Under the pieces are notes generated by a model. It saw only the letters and a list, made by a program, of their open reading frames with translations, ran no database searches and was not told where the DNA came from. Shown in pieces: positions 21,861-64,000 of a stretch of 64,000 nt of DNA (its first letter is position 1; the number at the start of each line of letters is the position of its first letter). The stretch is from the human T2T-CHM13v2.0 reference genome, Homo sapiens: NCBI RefSeq assembly GCF_009914755.1, contig NC_060941.1; one strand, given 5' to 3'. Position numbers and translations under genes: made by a program.

Positions 21861-22282
21861 TTAGAGTTTAGAGGAACTATTCCTTGTCACCCATTCTTAA
21901 CATCTTCAAAGCTTCCACAGAGTCCAGAGAACTTAGTTCTTTTTAGAGTGCCTCGGAAGCCACCCTCTGGGAAGGAGGTGAGATGCAGGGATGTCTGATG
22001 CCTGGTTACTCCAGACTGTGAGAAACAGCCCAGTCTCCAGTTCTCCTGATCTGGCCTCTTGGGTCACAGCCAGATGTGTGTGTACGGGAACCTACTTGCG
22101 CAGTTCTGGGCTGCTTTGGTGCTCTCGCTTCTCCCAGGGACCCCAGCTCTGGTTGCTGAAGGAGAAAACTCTCTGTCAGTGACGAGGAACCCCTGAGTCC
22201 TGGGCTTGCCAAATTGATCTCTATAGTTGGGGAGTCTCTTCTTTTACAGGCCTCTAATTTTCCTAGATGTCCTCCTTAATTA

Positions 22283-23158
<876 letters not shown>

Positions 23159-23269
23159 CATCCCTCATTATTTTTTGCGACTCAGAGCCATCCTATTACC
23201 CCTCTCAAACCCCAAGGAATGTTTGAGTGGGGTTGATATGGGTGTGAAAAGACACAGAATAATCTGTCT

Positions 23270-23520
23270 CCAGAGGAACTACAACTTCCATCAGGCACTA
23301 CTTCAGCGGAACAGGAAAGGATGTGGGGGCGTGGCTACCACGCCCTAGTAGAGCGGGAAACTACAACTCCCAGGATAACGCGGGATTTCAGCAGGGCCAA
23401 AAGAGTGATTGAGCTCTGACTGGCGACCCGACCCGGCGGAAACCACCTCGACAGCCTCCAGAAAGGGGCGTGGCTGAAAATGTAGGGGCGTGGCCACGTG
23501 GGCATCAGGAAGAAGTAACC
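23270..23520 (+). promoter_or_regulatory. TMEM102 promoter region with ZNF143/THAP11-type and KLF/SP motifs
   Basis: ACTACAACTTCCA at 23278-23290 and ACTACAACTCCCA at 23360-23372; three GGGGCGTGGC boxes; CACGTG near 23495; CpG enrichment. Confidence 0.7.
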
Positions 23521-23926
23521 TGTTGAATCTATTTCTGCTCCCCACCCTTACTGCTTCCCATAAGGGGGAAGCCGCAGACTAATAAGCCTCTTCCAAAAAA
23601 GAGGTAAAGGGAGGTAGACAAGGGGCGGCAGCGGAGGCTGGCTACTGCATTCCGTAGGAGGAGCCAACAGTTACTTTTTACCTGCTGAGTCCGGTGAACC
23701 AGTTCATGGGGGCGGGGACCTGCCTATGAGAAAAGGGCCAGGATAGAAGAGGTATTTATTTGTTCATTTTGAGGACTAAATTTAGAACCCATCATCTACA
23801 GACCCATTTGTAGGTTGTGTCTGGGGCACTCGCTCGGCCTCAGGAAGAGGGAAGAACGGGGACGACTTTGTGGCAGCAAAGCCACCTCCCTTCCGTGTTT
23901 TCCGCAGCCCAAAGCGATAGAACCGC

Positions 23927-25561
23927 ATGGCTTCCGCAGTCTGGGGGAGTGCCCCCTGGTGGGGCCCGCCGCCCCCGGCCCCAGCTCGGCCGCTCACGGA
24001 CATCGACTTCTGCTCCGGGGCGCAGCTGCAGGAATTGACCCAGCTGATCCAGGAGCTGGGTGTGCAGGAGAGCTGGAGTGACGGGCCCAAGCCGGGAGCC
24101 GATCTCCTCCGGGCCAAGGACTTTGTCTTCTCTTTGCTTGGTAAGTAACCCTACTTGCCTTTGGGAACTCACAGCTCTCAGCCTCACCACGCCCCCGCCC
24201 CCGCCCCGGCTTTGGGCGACGCCCTCACGATCCGTTCCCTTTTTTTAGGTCTAGTTCACCGCCGGGACCCTCGCTTTCCTCCCCAGGCAGAGCTCTTGCT
24301 GCTTCGTGGTGGGATTCGCGAGGGCTCCCTGGATCTGGGGCATGCACCCCTGGGTCCCTACGCCCGGGGACCTCACTACGATGCCGGCTTCACACTCCTA
24401 GTGCCCATGTTTTCACTGGACGGCACTGAACTGCAACTGGACCTGGAATCCTGTTACGCACAGGTCTGCCTCCCAGAGATGGTGTGCGGAACCCCCATCC
24501 GGGAGATGTGGCAGGATTGCTTAGGACCCCCAGTCCCAGGAGCACGTGATTCGATCCACCGAACGGAGAGCGAAGAAAGTTCCAAGGACTGGCAAAGCTC
24601 TGTAGACCAGCCGCACAGCTACGTCACTGAGCACGAGGCGCCGGTGTCTTTGGAAAAATCGCCTAGTGACGTTTCAGCGTCCGAGTCGCCTCAGCATGAC
24701 GTCGTCGACCTTGGCTCTACCGCACCTTTGAAAACAATGAGTAGTGACGTCACCAAGGCAGCCGTCGAAAGCCCAGTCCCAAAGCCGTCGGAGGCTCGGG
24801 AAGCGTGGCCCACATTATGTTCCGCCCAGGTGGCTGCCTGGTTCTTTGCTACGCTGGCGGCGGTCGCCGAGTCTCTGATCCCTGTCCCGGGTGCTCCGCG
24901 TCTGGTGCACGCAGCTCGCCACGCGGGTTTCACCACCGTCCTCCTGGCTACCCCTGAGCCCCCTCGCCGCCTCCTGCTCTTCGACCTGATCCCAGTGGTG
25001 TCCGTGGCGGGCTGGCCCGAGGGGGCTCGGAGCCACTCGTGGGCCGGTCCGCTGGCCTCTGAGTCGGCTTCCTTCTACCTGGTGCCCGGTGGCGGCACCG
25101 AGCGGCCGTGCGCCTCCGCCTGGCAGCTCTGTTTTGCCCGCCAGGAGCTGGCGCTCAAAGCGCGCATACCAGCGCCGCTGCTGCAGGCGCACGCGGCGGC
25201 CCAGGCGCTACTGCGCCCGCTGGTGGCCGGGACCCGGGCGGCGGCGCCCTACCTCCTGCGGACGCTGCTGTACTGGGCGTGCGAGCGGCTGCCTGCGCTC
25301 TACCTGGCGCGGCCAGAAAATGCGGGCGCCTGCTGCCTCGGGCTGCTAGACGAGCTCGGCCGAGTGCTCGAGGCCGGGACGTTGCCTCACTATTTTCTGA
25401 ACGGCCGACAGCTCCGTACGGGGGACGACTCCGCTGCGCTGCTCGGAGAATTGGCCCGGCTCCGCGGGGACCCGGCCCGGGCCCTCCGTGCCGCGGTGGA
25501 GGAGGCCAAAGTGGCCCGCAAGGGGGGCGGTTTGGCGGGCGTGGGGGGCGGGGCCCATTAA
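23927..25561 (+). CDS. TMEM102: TMEM102 / CBAP, Mab-21 (cGAS-like NTase fold) family protein (508 aa). Coding exons 23927-24140, 24249-25561
   Basis: 214+1313 = 1527 nt intact frame; begins [19 protein letters not shown]; Mab-21 C-lobe motifs FDLIP...[29 protein letters not shown]. Confidence 0.95.
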
Positions 25562-26279
25562 AGACGCTGTTCCTACCAGTGGAAAGTGCCTCTGTGGGCG
25601 AGCGGGACGTGGGGGGCCCTGCTCGCCCCTCGCCAGGGGGACTGACTGTGTGCCCTGGGCCTGAAGCCCCCCTTCTGGAAGACCTCCCTGTTGGTTCCTC
25701 CTCTACGCCCACCCGCCTGCCCCCGCACAAGTTGCCCCATTCCAGCCTCGCTATTCTCCACATCTGTGGCCAGCACTCCGCCCAGGGGCAGCTTCCAGAA
25801 ACCGTCTGTCCCCAGTTCTTTTGGTCATTTCTCTTAAGGGCCAATAGAAATGGGAGAAACATATTTGCTGACCAAACGCGAAAAGGAGTTATGGAGACCA
25901 GGGTCTGATCAATTTGGCTCACACAACGGCAGAGATATGAAGGAGGCCGGATTTCGCCCAAGGCTGGATCTCACCACCCCCCATCCTCCATCTCTCCAGT
26001 TCTTCCCCCACTTTACTCGTGCGGTTCTTTCTTCACTAACATCCCGGCCAGTAGGGTCTCTCTCCCTTCTCCCAGCGTCCGCCATTCCATCTCCCTTAGG
26101 CCCAACCTCTCCTTCCTACCCAGGGGTGCGTTCAGGAGGCCTTCCTGTCCCTCCTCCTCTGAAGGCTGAGACGTGCGGCCTTGCCTCGGCTTTGCCTGCT
26201 TGTAAGACACAGTCCGCACTCTCTACCTCCAAGGAACCCCGGGGTTCCTCCTGCCCGGCTTCACCCTCCTATTTCCCAG

Positions 26280-26580
26280 CGTCTCCGCCCCCTGCCCCGC
26301 CCCCGGGCCGGCTCTCCGAGGAGGGGGAACTGCTGTCGCCGCCGCCGCCGCCGCCTCAGCTTCCCACAGCCGCTGCCGCTGCCGCCGCTCTGCCTGGTCC
26401 AGCCACCGGCCCAGTGCTCTGACTTCGCCGGACCGGGGAGCTCTGCAGAGACACCCTCACTCCTTCCCGAGGGTCCGGGACGCCTAGCCGGGCGTGGGGG
26501 GAAGCTCCGTTTGCGGGGGACAGGGAGGGAGGAGCCTGGAGCCGAAGCCAGCGCCACCCGTCGCCGGATCAACAGGACAG
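26280..26580 (+). promoter_or_regulatory. CpG-rich segment with (GCC)n tracts; likely upstream alternative FGF11 promoter/non-coding first exon
   Basis: GC boxes (CCCCGCCCC) followed by GCC repeats at 26338-26388, typical of 5'UTRs; 1.3 kb upstream of the FGF11 ATG. Confidence 0.55.
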
Positions 26581-27675
26581 GACAGGTTGAGGGGCGTCGG
26601 GAAAAGGAAGAGGGGGTGCTATAGGCAATCCCGGGGAGGACGAGGAAGCCCTGTAGCAGGAAGCTGTGATCCGCTCTGACTTGTAGGGGGCCTGTTCACA
26701 TCTGGGGACTGGTGACAACGTGGGTGCACTCCTCTCTTGGGGGGCTGGTTAGATTGGAGGGCGTGGGATCTAAACAGCACCAGCTGTCCCCAAGAAAATT
26801 TAAGGGGCAGCCAGGGGAGAAAAAAACAAAAACAAAAACAAACACGGATGCTCCTCATTTTGAGGTGGCGGAAGGCCCTCCAGACAACTACCTGGTGTAT
26901 CCACTAGGAAGGGTGGATTTGGAGGTGACTTCAAAAGGAGCGGAGGGTGTGAAGGTGAAGAAAGGGTCTTGGCCGCTAGAATTCTATGCTACTAGACATG
27001 GGGGGGACTTGGTGAAAAAGGTATTATCCGGCCAGAGGGTCTGGGAGCCCTGTCTTACTGAACCTGGGCAACCTGGATATTCTGAGACATATTTTGGGGG
27101 GATTTCAGTGAAAAAAGTGGGGGATCCCCTCCATTTAGAGTGTAGCAAAGGAAAAAACACCAAGGTTGGGTTCCTTCCTGACATTGGCAGTGCCCCAGTA
27201 GGGGTGGGATGAGCGAATATTCCCAAAGCTAAAGTCCCACACCCTGTAGATTACAAGAGTGGATTTGGCAGGAGTGTGCCCCAAAATACAGTGGAAAGGT
27301 GCCTGAAGATATTTAAACCACGTCTTGGAAATTTAGTGGGTCTTGGCTTTGGGATAGGTGAAGTGAGGACAGACACTGGAGAGGAGGGAAAGGGGACGTT
27401 TTCAATAGGAGGCAAAATTCGAGGGTGGGATCCACTGAGGAGTACATAGGCTGCTGGATCTGGTGGAGCCAGCACTGGGCCCACGGGTGGTAACTGGCTG
27501 CTGTGGAGGGGGGTACGTGAGGGGGGGGGTCTGGGGCTTATTCTCAGGTCCTGTGGGTGGGGCAGCGAGTCGGGGCCTGAGCGTCAAGAGCATGCCCTAG
27601 TGAGCGGGCTCCTCTGGGGGAGCCCAGCGCGCTCCGGGCGCCTGCCGGTTTGGGGGTGTCTCCTCCCGGGGCGCT

Positions 27676-31205
<3,530 letters not shown>

Positions 31206-32971
31206 AATGTAGTCCCTGGACTGGAGGTTCCCTGCACTCCCAGTGAGCCAGCCACCACCACAACCTGTCTCCCAGTCCTGCTCTCACCCCTGCTGCCACA
31301 CACATGCCCTGAGCAGCCAGGTCCCACTAGGTGCTCTACCCTGAGGGAGCCTAGGGGCTGACTGTGACTTCCGAGGCTGCTGAGACCCTTAGATCTTTGG
31401 GCCTAGGAGGGAGTCAGAGAGGGGGATGTCTGAAGATGGTCCTGGCTGATCACTTCTTTCTTTCCACACTCACACAACCCCATGCCTTTTCCTGAGATGG
31501 CGCTGGGAGTTCCCACATGGACAGCCAGGGCATAAACACTTCCCACCCCGGCTCAGCCAGTTCCTGGAGTCCTGTGCCCCTTTTCATTGCCACTGAGCCA
31601 TTTCTAGATTCACTGGAGCTCAGGATTCATGTGTCCTTCTTTCCCTACTCTACCTTCTACCTTGGTCTGGACACATTCTGGAACACTGGACACCCTCGCC
31701 AGGGCCACTTCTGCACTAGGGCTCTGTGCTGGAACCCAGGCATGCTGCCAGCCTTTTCTCTGGATCTGTCAGGCCTCTGTCCTTGACTCAGATGGACCCC
31801 TGGTTTCCAAGTAGAAAGAGGCTAGATTTGGGCCTTGTCTAGCTGTTGGCTTTGGCCTGAACTGGAACCAGTCTCAGATGACCACGGGTTTAACCTTCTT
31901 ATCCCAGAGACACCCAATTCTAGAGCTTTATGGAGCCGTACTTCCCCCTGAATCCTAGCTCTAGGACATAGATCATGACTCTCAGCCCTTTTACCCAGGA
32001 TGGAGCTGGGGCCTGTATAGCCATATTATTGTTCTAAGTAAGTTCTAGCCCCACCCTCCCGCCTTCTTGAGTGATACCTATTACGGATGAGTTCTGGAAA
32101 AGACCCAGCTATGATTCATAAAAACACTTCTGGATGAATCAAGAACCATTTCTTGTTTTTCCTAGATAATTCTCTAAAAATATGATTCTTCCATATAGAA
32201 TGCTAAGCTTATTTTTACATGCAGTTTCTAGCTCCTTCAACCCAGCTGAGGTCGTGCCAGGGAGACAGAGTCTGGAGAAGGGCAGAGGAATTTTGGAAGG
32301 ATCCCTGGCTCATAGTAGGGAAGCTGGGATGGGGGAGGGGTCAAAATTATGGCATGACTGAACCTGCATCTGTGTTGGGTGGACATGAATACTTAGCTAC
32401 CTCAGCAGGAATTCCTTCCAGGTCCCCTTTAAAGCTGAGGTCCTTAGAGTAATATGTCCTTAATAAAAAGGACAAATGGATACAGCCTTGACCCTCCCAG
32501 TGAGGAGACCCCAATTCAGCAATAAGTCTCACCCTTCTCCCCTACAGGTCAGGCCAAGAAGGGTGAAGGCCTCTTGCACTCCAGACCTCATACGCCCCAA
32601 CAGCTTCTAATTGGATAGAACTTGCTTTACCTTACAGCTCACAACCTCAGCTGGGTTTTAGGTACCCAAAAAGGGCCTGTCTAGATTTTTTCAGAAAAAC
32701 GTGGAGTGCTAGGGGCAGCCTGGAAAAGATGGGGAACCTGCTAGTGAACTAGGAGGGAGACTTCCATAGCCTCAGACTTGGATAGGGTAGGCTGAGGGGG
32801 CCCTAAGGGAGGGACTAAGGCTCCAAGGCAGGTCACTTTTCCTTAGGCTGTTCTACTTCTGGCTTGTTGCAAGAGGAGTAGATGCCCCCTCACCCACACA
32901 AACCCCACTCAGTCTCCACCCAACTCCTGGCACTGCTCCCAGGGGATCGGGTCTCCACTCCAGCTTTCTCA

Positions 32972-32977
32972 ATTAAA
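32972..32977 (+). terminator. Distal FGF11 poly(A) signal ATTAAA (proximal alternative AATAAA at 32462-32467)
   Basis: Hexamer followed about 20 nt later by GT-rich tgtctgtc; ends a ~1.8 kb 3'UTR. Confidence 0.65.
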
Positions 32978-33055
32978 GACGATTTATACAACTGAAGTGC
33001 TGTCTGTCATCTGTCGGTGGCGGGCTTGGCAGTTGCTCGAGGCAGGATCAAGTCC

Positions 33056-33110
33056 CGGGGGCGGGGCGGGTGGGCTGGCGGCTGTCCTCCAGCAACAGGT
33101 GCACATTCCC
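33056..33110 (+). promoter_or_regulatory. CHRNB1 muscle promoter core: GC box, E-box and M-CAT
   Basis: GGGGCGGGGC at ~33057-33068, CAGGTG at 33096-33101 and ACATTCC (TEAD) at 33103-33109. E-box/M-CAT control is established for AChR beta promoters. Confidence 0.7.
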
Positions 33111-33186
33111 GGGCTCCTCGTCACTTCCCCTGTGCTGGCGGTCCCAGCGGCTCTCTGAGCGAAGTCACTGAGCGAGCCGCCAGGCT

Positions 33187-44763
<11,577 letters not shown>

Positions 44764-45075
44764 AGACTGGAGGGTTGAGACCCAGGCCCCCTGCCAGTTG
44801 AAGTGAGAGTTTGGTGATACTGTCAAGCCCTATCCTTCTCTGCCTCTTAACTCCTTCACGAGGAATCTGGGCCTCTTATTTCGTTTCTGGGGACTGCATT
44901 GGACTGAGGGCTGGGTAGGCAGGTGTCTTGGACCCACCTGAAATGCAGTATCATCTGATTTACTCTTTGGGATCTTGAAGAAGCTCTTTTGGGTATCAAC
45001 ACCTAGGTCGCCAGTGAAATAGAACACAGAACAGGAACTAGATTATAAGCCTTATGAGGTCAAGAAATGTGACTT

Positions 45076-45634
<559 letters not shown>

Positions 45635-46001
45635 GTAGTGCTTATTGTTTGCATGTTGGGTCTTGTGGTCGTTTTCTTTTTACCTTTCTGTAATTTATTA
45701 TGTTTTGTAATGTGTACTATCTCTGGGATTAAAAAAAGTTATTTCTACAAGCATGCATTGGTAATGAGAAAAAACAAGCGTTTTGAAGGCCTTCATTCAA
45801 GTTCCAGCCTTGGTGCTCACACAAGCCACTAGCTTGCTCTGTACTTGTTTCGACATCTGTAAAATGAAACTAATGATAGCATATGCCCTATAGGATTGTC
45901 TGGGGATCACAGGAGATGGGAAAAAAGCACTATGCGATATGTATCAGAGGTTGCAACGGTGTGTTTTTTGTTTGGCCTGCACAGTTTTAAATTTGAACTA
46001 G

Positions 46002-46918
<917 letters not shown>

Positions 46919-47434
46919 TCAAGTTATTCATACCATAATTCCTCAAAGCCCCTGTAAACCTGACCCACGTCACTTAGTTTACCTGCCCATCCCTCCGTAA
47001 CACTAGAAAAGATACAGGGGGCAACGAATTGAAGCCAATGGGGAAGCCACAAGTGGAAAAAGAAAGGTTGTGTCTCTTATGGCCATCACACATTTTATGC
47101 CTCAGTTTTCTTTCAATTTGGAAGGAAGGTTAGACCTGGTTTAAGGCAGGGCCATTTTGGACATAGAGATCTCGCGCCCAGCAGGTTGTATGAACTAGAC
47201 TGTTAATATTTCTGGCTGGATGTTGGGCCAAAGTCAGCTTGAGCCTACAGTCAACAAGCCCTCACTCAACTACTCAACTGCTGGAAGTTGCGTCCAAACA
47301 GGGAGCATTGGGCCACAACTCACAGGGATCCTTGTGGGACAAAGTTAGCATGTTCCTTTCCCCCAGACCCACCAGCCACGCAAATAATTGCACCTGGCAT
47401 CCCACTGTGGAGCACAGTTCATTTGTCTTGTTGG

Positions 47435-47440
47435 TTTATT
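47435..47440 (-). terminator. Probable ZBTB4 poly(A) signal (AATAAA on - strand)
   Basis: TTTATT on the + strand at the end of a ~2.5 kb Alu-free 3'UTR. Confidence 0.65.
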
Positions 47441-49978
47441 GGCCTACAGAGTTGGACACACACACAAATGCGGAGATAAATATTGGTCAGTTTCTCTAAA
47501 TCTGGGTCCTCACTACGTATAGAGCTAGTCTGTAGAATTCTAAATTTTGCGTGCTGCGGCACAGAACCAGTGGCCTTCTCACTCTGCCACCACCCGTCTT
47601 CCCAGGGAACATGGGGAAAGAGGGCACGAACTGACAAGACTTGATCATTTTCAAAAGACAAAACTGCAAAATCCCAAATTTCCAACATCTGAAACTCACA
47701 ATATTCAAATTCCCCAGCTCAAATACATATATTTTAATCTCCACGTCGCCACAATCTCATTTGTTGCCCAGAACCACCACATTCTGGAAGCTATTTTCCT
47801 TGATCATATTTAAGAAAAAAAAAATGTCTACAATCTCAATTCTCCCAAAAAAAAATGTCCATGGTTTTGGAATTTTGACCTATTCTGAAGTTCCAATTCT
47901 CCGGTCCATCCTCAACCCTTCCATTTTCCCATGCCTGTTTGCCTCAGAGGAGTATGGGTTAAGGATATAGGGGCACTGTCGTCACCTCTGCCCCTGCCTC
48001 CAGGCCTTCCTCAGTCTCTCTTGTGGTTCCGCTGTATAGATAGATAGATATATAATTTGTGTGTAGATATATATATATGTATTCTTTATTACGTATTTTT
48101 TTGCAGTTTTTCTAAAGTGCCAGAAACAAGATTTGTGGGAATTTTTAGTGATTTTTTTTTTGTGTGTTTTTCCCCATTTGAAACCTTTCCCCCCCTTAAA
48201 AATTGGAACTTGGTACATTCAGTAGGAAATTCGTCACTCAGGCTGTGGCCAAGACCAAGAAAAGTGCAAAGAGACAGAGGAGGAATGAAGGAGTGACTCC
48301 TCTGTGGTTAACATTCAGGGAGCCTGTCTAAAACCTCCCCTTTTGTATATGCTGGGAGGGTATGAGGGGTAGGAGGATGGTCCTGGCCCTCCCTAAACTC
48401 ACCTCCCTCCAAAAGCCATGATCTTGCCCTTGGCAGTGATTGCTGCTAGGGCAGCCATCTTGGCCCCAAAAACAGTAGCTGGGGAAAAGGCTGCCATTTT
48501 GATGACAGCAACTTTTCCTTTTAAAACTGCACTCCTCTAATTCCCATTTGTCAAATTTGCTCCCCCATACTGGCTCTCCCCTTGTGAGCTATTTTTTGGG
48601 GGGAGGTGGGTGGGATGGGAAATATTTATCCAATCACAGAGCAGGGAGGCCCAGTTTTCAAAGAGAATTAGGAGCAAACATTTATCTCCCCCACTGGAAG
48701 GAAATACAGGGACCCTGACCAGGGTTAACTAGTGCAAATTAGGGATTAGGGACTATTTAAAGTCCCTGTACCCCATCCCTAGGCTGGGATCTTTGGGTGT
48801 GGGGAACTGAGTCAAAGATGGGGTGTAAGGTGCTATTTTGAAGGGAAAGTTGGTGGGGATACCCCAAAGCCCACCAGAAGAGTAGAATGGTTCCCCCAAA
48901 ACCATCTGGAGTGATTGGTGAGGGGAGTGACACTGGGGAGATGGGAATACAGGTAAGGATGGAAGGTCATGTGCAAATCCTGGGCTTACCCACCCATCCG
49001 ACCCCTATCATTTTTCTGGCTATTTGGTCTAGTCTGGGAGAAACCATCAGGAAAAAAAAACAGGGAGAAAGTAGATTCCCTTCTCCATCCCATATGGAGT
49101 TCTTCCCTCCTGGCCCCCAAATCTGGTCTAGCCCAGAATAGGCCATATGTAGAGGCAGAAAGAGGTGTGATCTGCTTACCTCTTTTGCCTTGGAAGAATC
49201 TGGAGCTCACTGGATTTGGGGGTCAAGATAGGGCCAATATTTCCCTGCCCTGGACTGGGAAAGTGCTCAGCCACAGAACAGAGGGGCAGAGGGGCAACCC
49301 TCCCCCAAACCTCCTTGACCTGGCTTGGGAGAGGCCATCTCCGAAGTCCAGGAATATGGGGAGGAACATGGAAGATCCAAAGGCATGGAAGCTGAGGAAG
49401 GTGTCTTGATACAAGGGAAACAGGGACGTAGAGACCCACGCTGGGGAAGGATGAAACCCAAAGCCACACTCCCAGGTGGGCGGGGTCAGGTATCACAATG
49501 GTCTGGTCCAGGCCCTGGGCCACAAAGAATGGAATGTGCTAGGAAGCAACTGGGAAGGGCTTAGAGAAAGCTTCAGAACAAGGCGGGTCATTAGGTGAGA
49601 GAGATGGTTTCCCCTAGGTTTACGAATCAGGGGAGCAGGTTAGACATTCAGAGCTGGTGGGGGCTGTGAGTAGAGATTCAGGTTAAGTATATTGCTCAGT
49701 TGCCCCAAGGGCTGGAGAAGGGATGGAAGCTGGCCCTGCCCCTCATGGAGGCCATTCCCTGGAGGAAGACTGAGAGGGGAACCTCGAAAGATCCCTTCCC
49801 AGGAGATGGGAAAACTACATCTCACACAAAGCAGCCTGACCCCTGAGCTCCAGGGGCCCCCAAGTCCCTGCACAAGAGTGTGAAGGGGCTCCCAAGGGGC
49901 AGGGAGGCCAGGGAGCTGGTAGTGGTGGGGGGTTCAGGGAGGGTGGCATCTGGTGAAAGGGGGATTGAGCCCCAGGGT

Positions 49979-54838
<4,860 letters not shown>

Positions 54839-55293
54839 GGTGCCAGCCTAGACAGTGGGAGAAGAGGCCGGGTAGAGTCTCAGAGGCTGGGCAGAGGGCA
54901 GGGGCTTCTAAAATCAGGCAGAGAGAGGATCAGGAGCTGCTGGTCAGAAACTAGTGGAAGGCTGAATCACTTCTGGTCACAGAAGTCAGGGGTTGGCCCT
55001 TAGCCACCCAAGTCTGGCCAGCATCCAAGACCAGTATGTCTAACTCACTTCTGAGGCTGGAAGAGGCCAGAGATACCTCAGGTCATGGTGAAGGTCAAGG
55101 GGTCATGACCTCTGAAGTCACAGACTAGAGATGTAAGTGAGGCAAATCTCTCTCATGGGAAGGAGGAGGAAGCTCCACAACTCCTGATAGCCATTTCACA
55201 GAACTCCCCAGCCTAGACAAAATGGCCGCCCCTGCTGGCCTGCTGCCTTGGGTCTACTTTGTCCTCACTGTAGGCCTCTGGGTACCTTCTCAC

Positions 55294-55364
55294 CTGAGAG
55301 CACAGCCAACATGGAGTGGGGCGGGGGGTGGCTCAGCGAGTCCCTTCTGCTGGGCCTCTTCCTT
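55294..55364 (-). other. ZBTB4: ZBTB4 71-nt non-coding 5'UTR exon; the next exon starts at 54847
   Basis: On the - strand: acceptor ttctgtttctccgcag| at 55365-55366, donor CAG|gtgag at 55293; downstream acceptor ctgtctag| 9 nt before the ATG. Confidence 0.7.
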
Positions 55365-56126
55365 CTGCGGAGAAACAGAAATTATGTCAGGGGAACCTAG
55401 AGGAGGAGCAGAAGAGGGTCCTCAAGGAGGGAAGTGAGAGGAAAAGCCCCCAGGAAGTGGGGAGGGGTGCAGTACTGTGGCCAGAGAGGACACCTGGGTG
55501 AGCCCAGACCCCTCCCCGGAGCCTCTGCCAGGTTATTTGTTTAGCTGTGTCCAGTCAAACCTGGGAGGTCACGCAGATTATTGCAGAGCCTTGTTCTGCG
55601 GGCCCAGAGAAGTACAGTGACAAGATAATTTGCATATTCCCAATTCACCTCCAAACAATATAGTAGCACAGGTCCAGTCCATAGGTTCAGGGAAGCCTGT
55701 CACAGCACTCTCAAGTCCCTTTGGCCCAATCTCCAGGGCTCAGAGGAAGTCAAAGATTTGCATGTTGTCATTTATCACAATGGTCTCATTTACATATCAA
55801 AATAATTTGTGAGTTTTTAAAAATTGGACCTAAGCTGGTAGATATTCAAATTAGGAGAGGACATCCTCACATCCTTCCAGCCCCATAAATCTTAGAAGGG
55901 GGTTTCTGGCGCAGCTGCCAGGCAACCATTGAAGACCACTGACCCATACACAACTGCCAGCTTGCTCCAGCCTCTGGAGGGCACTGGAAAGGCCACAAGA
56001 CCAGGAGGCCTGGTCCCACGCCTTACTCAGAGACCTGATGCCCTAGGGATCTGGACTTAAAAAGCGGCAGAATCACAACTCCTACCTCACCTCTTGCTGG
56101 GAGACTCGTCCAGAGGGAAGAGCAAG

Positions 56127-63892
<7,766 letters not shown>

Positions 63893-64000
63893 TGACCCCA
63901 GATGCTCAATCTTTCCCTCTGCCATACTGCTAGACCTGGCCCTGAAGAGGCCTATGGCCCGCCAGCTGGTTACATAAACCACCGCACAAGGTCTCACGTG

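Noticed and set aside
25108-25961. Overlapping 266-aa (+) and 268-aa (-) ORFs at the TMEM102 3' end
   Set aside because: Very high GC content depletes stop codons; low-complexity Arg/Gly/Pro translations with no domain features.
47630-47900. AT-rich quasi-repetitive AAAT(T/C)CC segment in the ZBTB4 3'UTR, possibly an ancient transposon relic
   Set aside because: Could not define unit, termini or family by eye; needs a Dfam search.

Overview
Human (primate) genomic DNA, recognisable from the encoded proteins as the gene-dense, Alu-rich 17p13.1 interval. On the + strand: NLGN2 (exons 2-7; the 5' end lies upstream of the window), the tandem spermatid paralogues SPEM1, SPEM2 (C17orf74) and SPEM3, then TMEM102, FGF11 and CHRNB1. 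ZBTB4 lies convergently on the - strand, with its first exon(s) beyond the window end. All coding exons were located by hand from GT/AG boundaries and splice into intact frames (SPEM1 309 aa, SPEM2 501, SPEM3 1196, TMEM102 508, FGF11 225, CHRNB1 501, ZBTB4 1013). The best leads concern the SPEM cluster: (i) an apparent 1-nt frameshift near the end of SPEM3 hides a SPEM1-homologous C-terminus in the -1 frame; (ii) a CATTGTGAC element sits at a near-fixed distance upstream of all three ATGs; (iii) the family shares a G[HR][IV]V[YF]DAR motif; (iv) SPEM3 has a near-gapless 30-unit 12-aa repeat that looks like a beta-solenoid. Other leads are a ZNF143/ETS promoter-like module in CHRNB1 intron 9, candidate alternative first exons and intronic poly(A) signals in FGF11, and a degenerate cGAS/Mab-21 active site plus an exonic CRE cluster in TMEM102. 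Repeat boundaries and subfamilies are by eye and approximate. No database searches were run.
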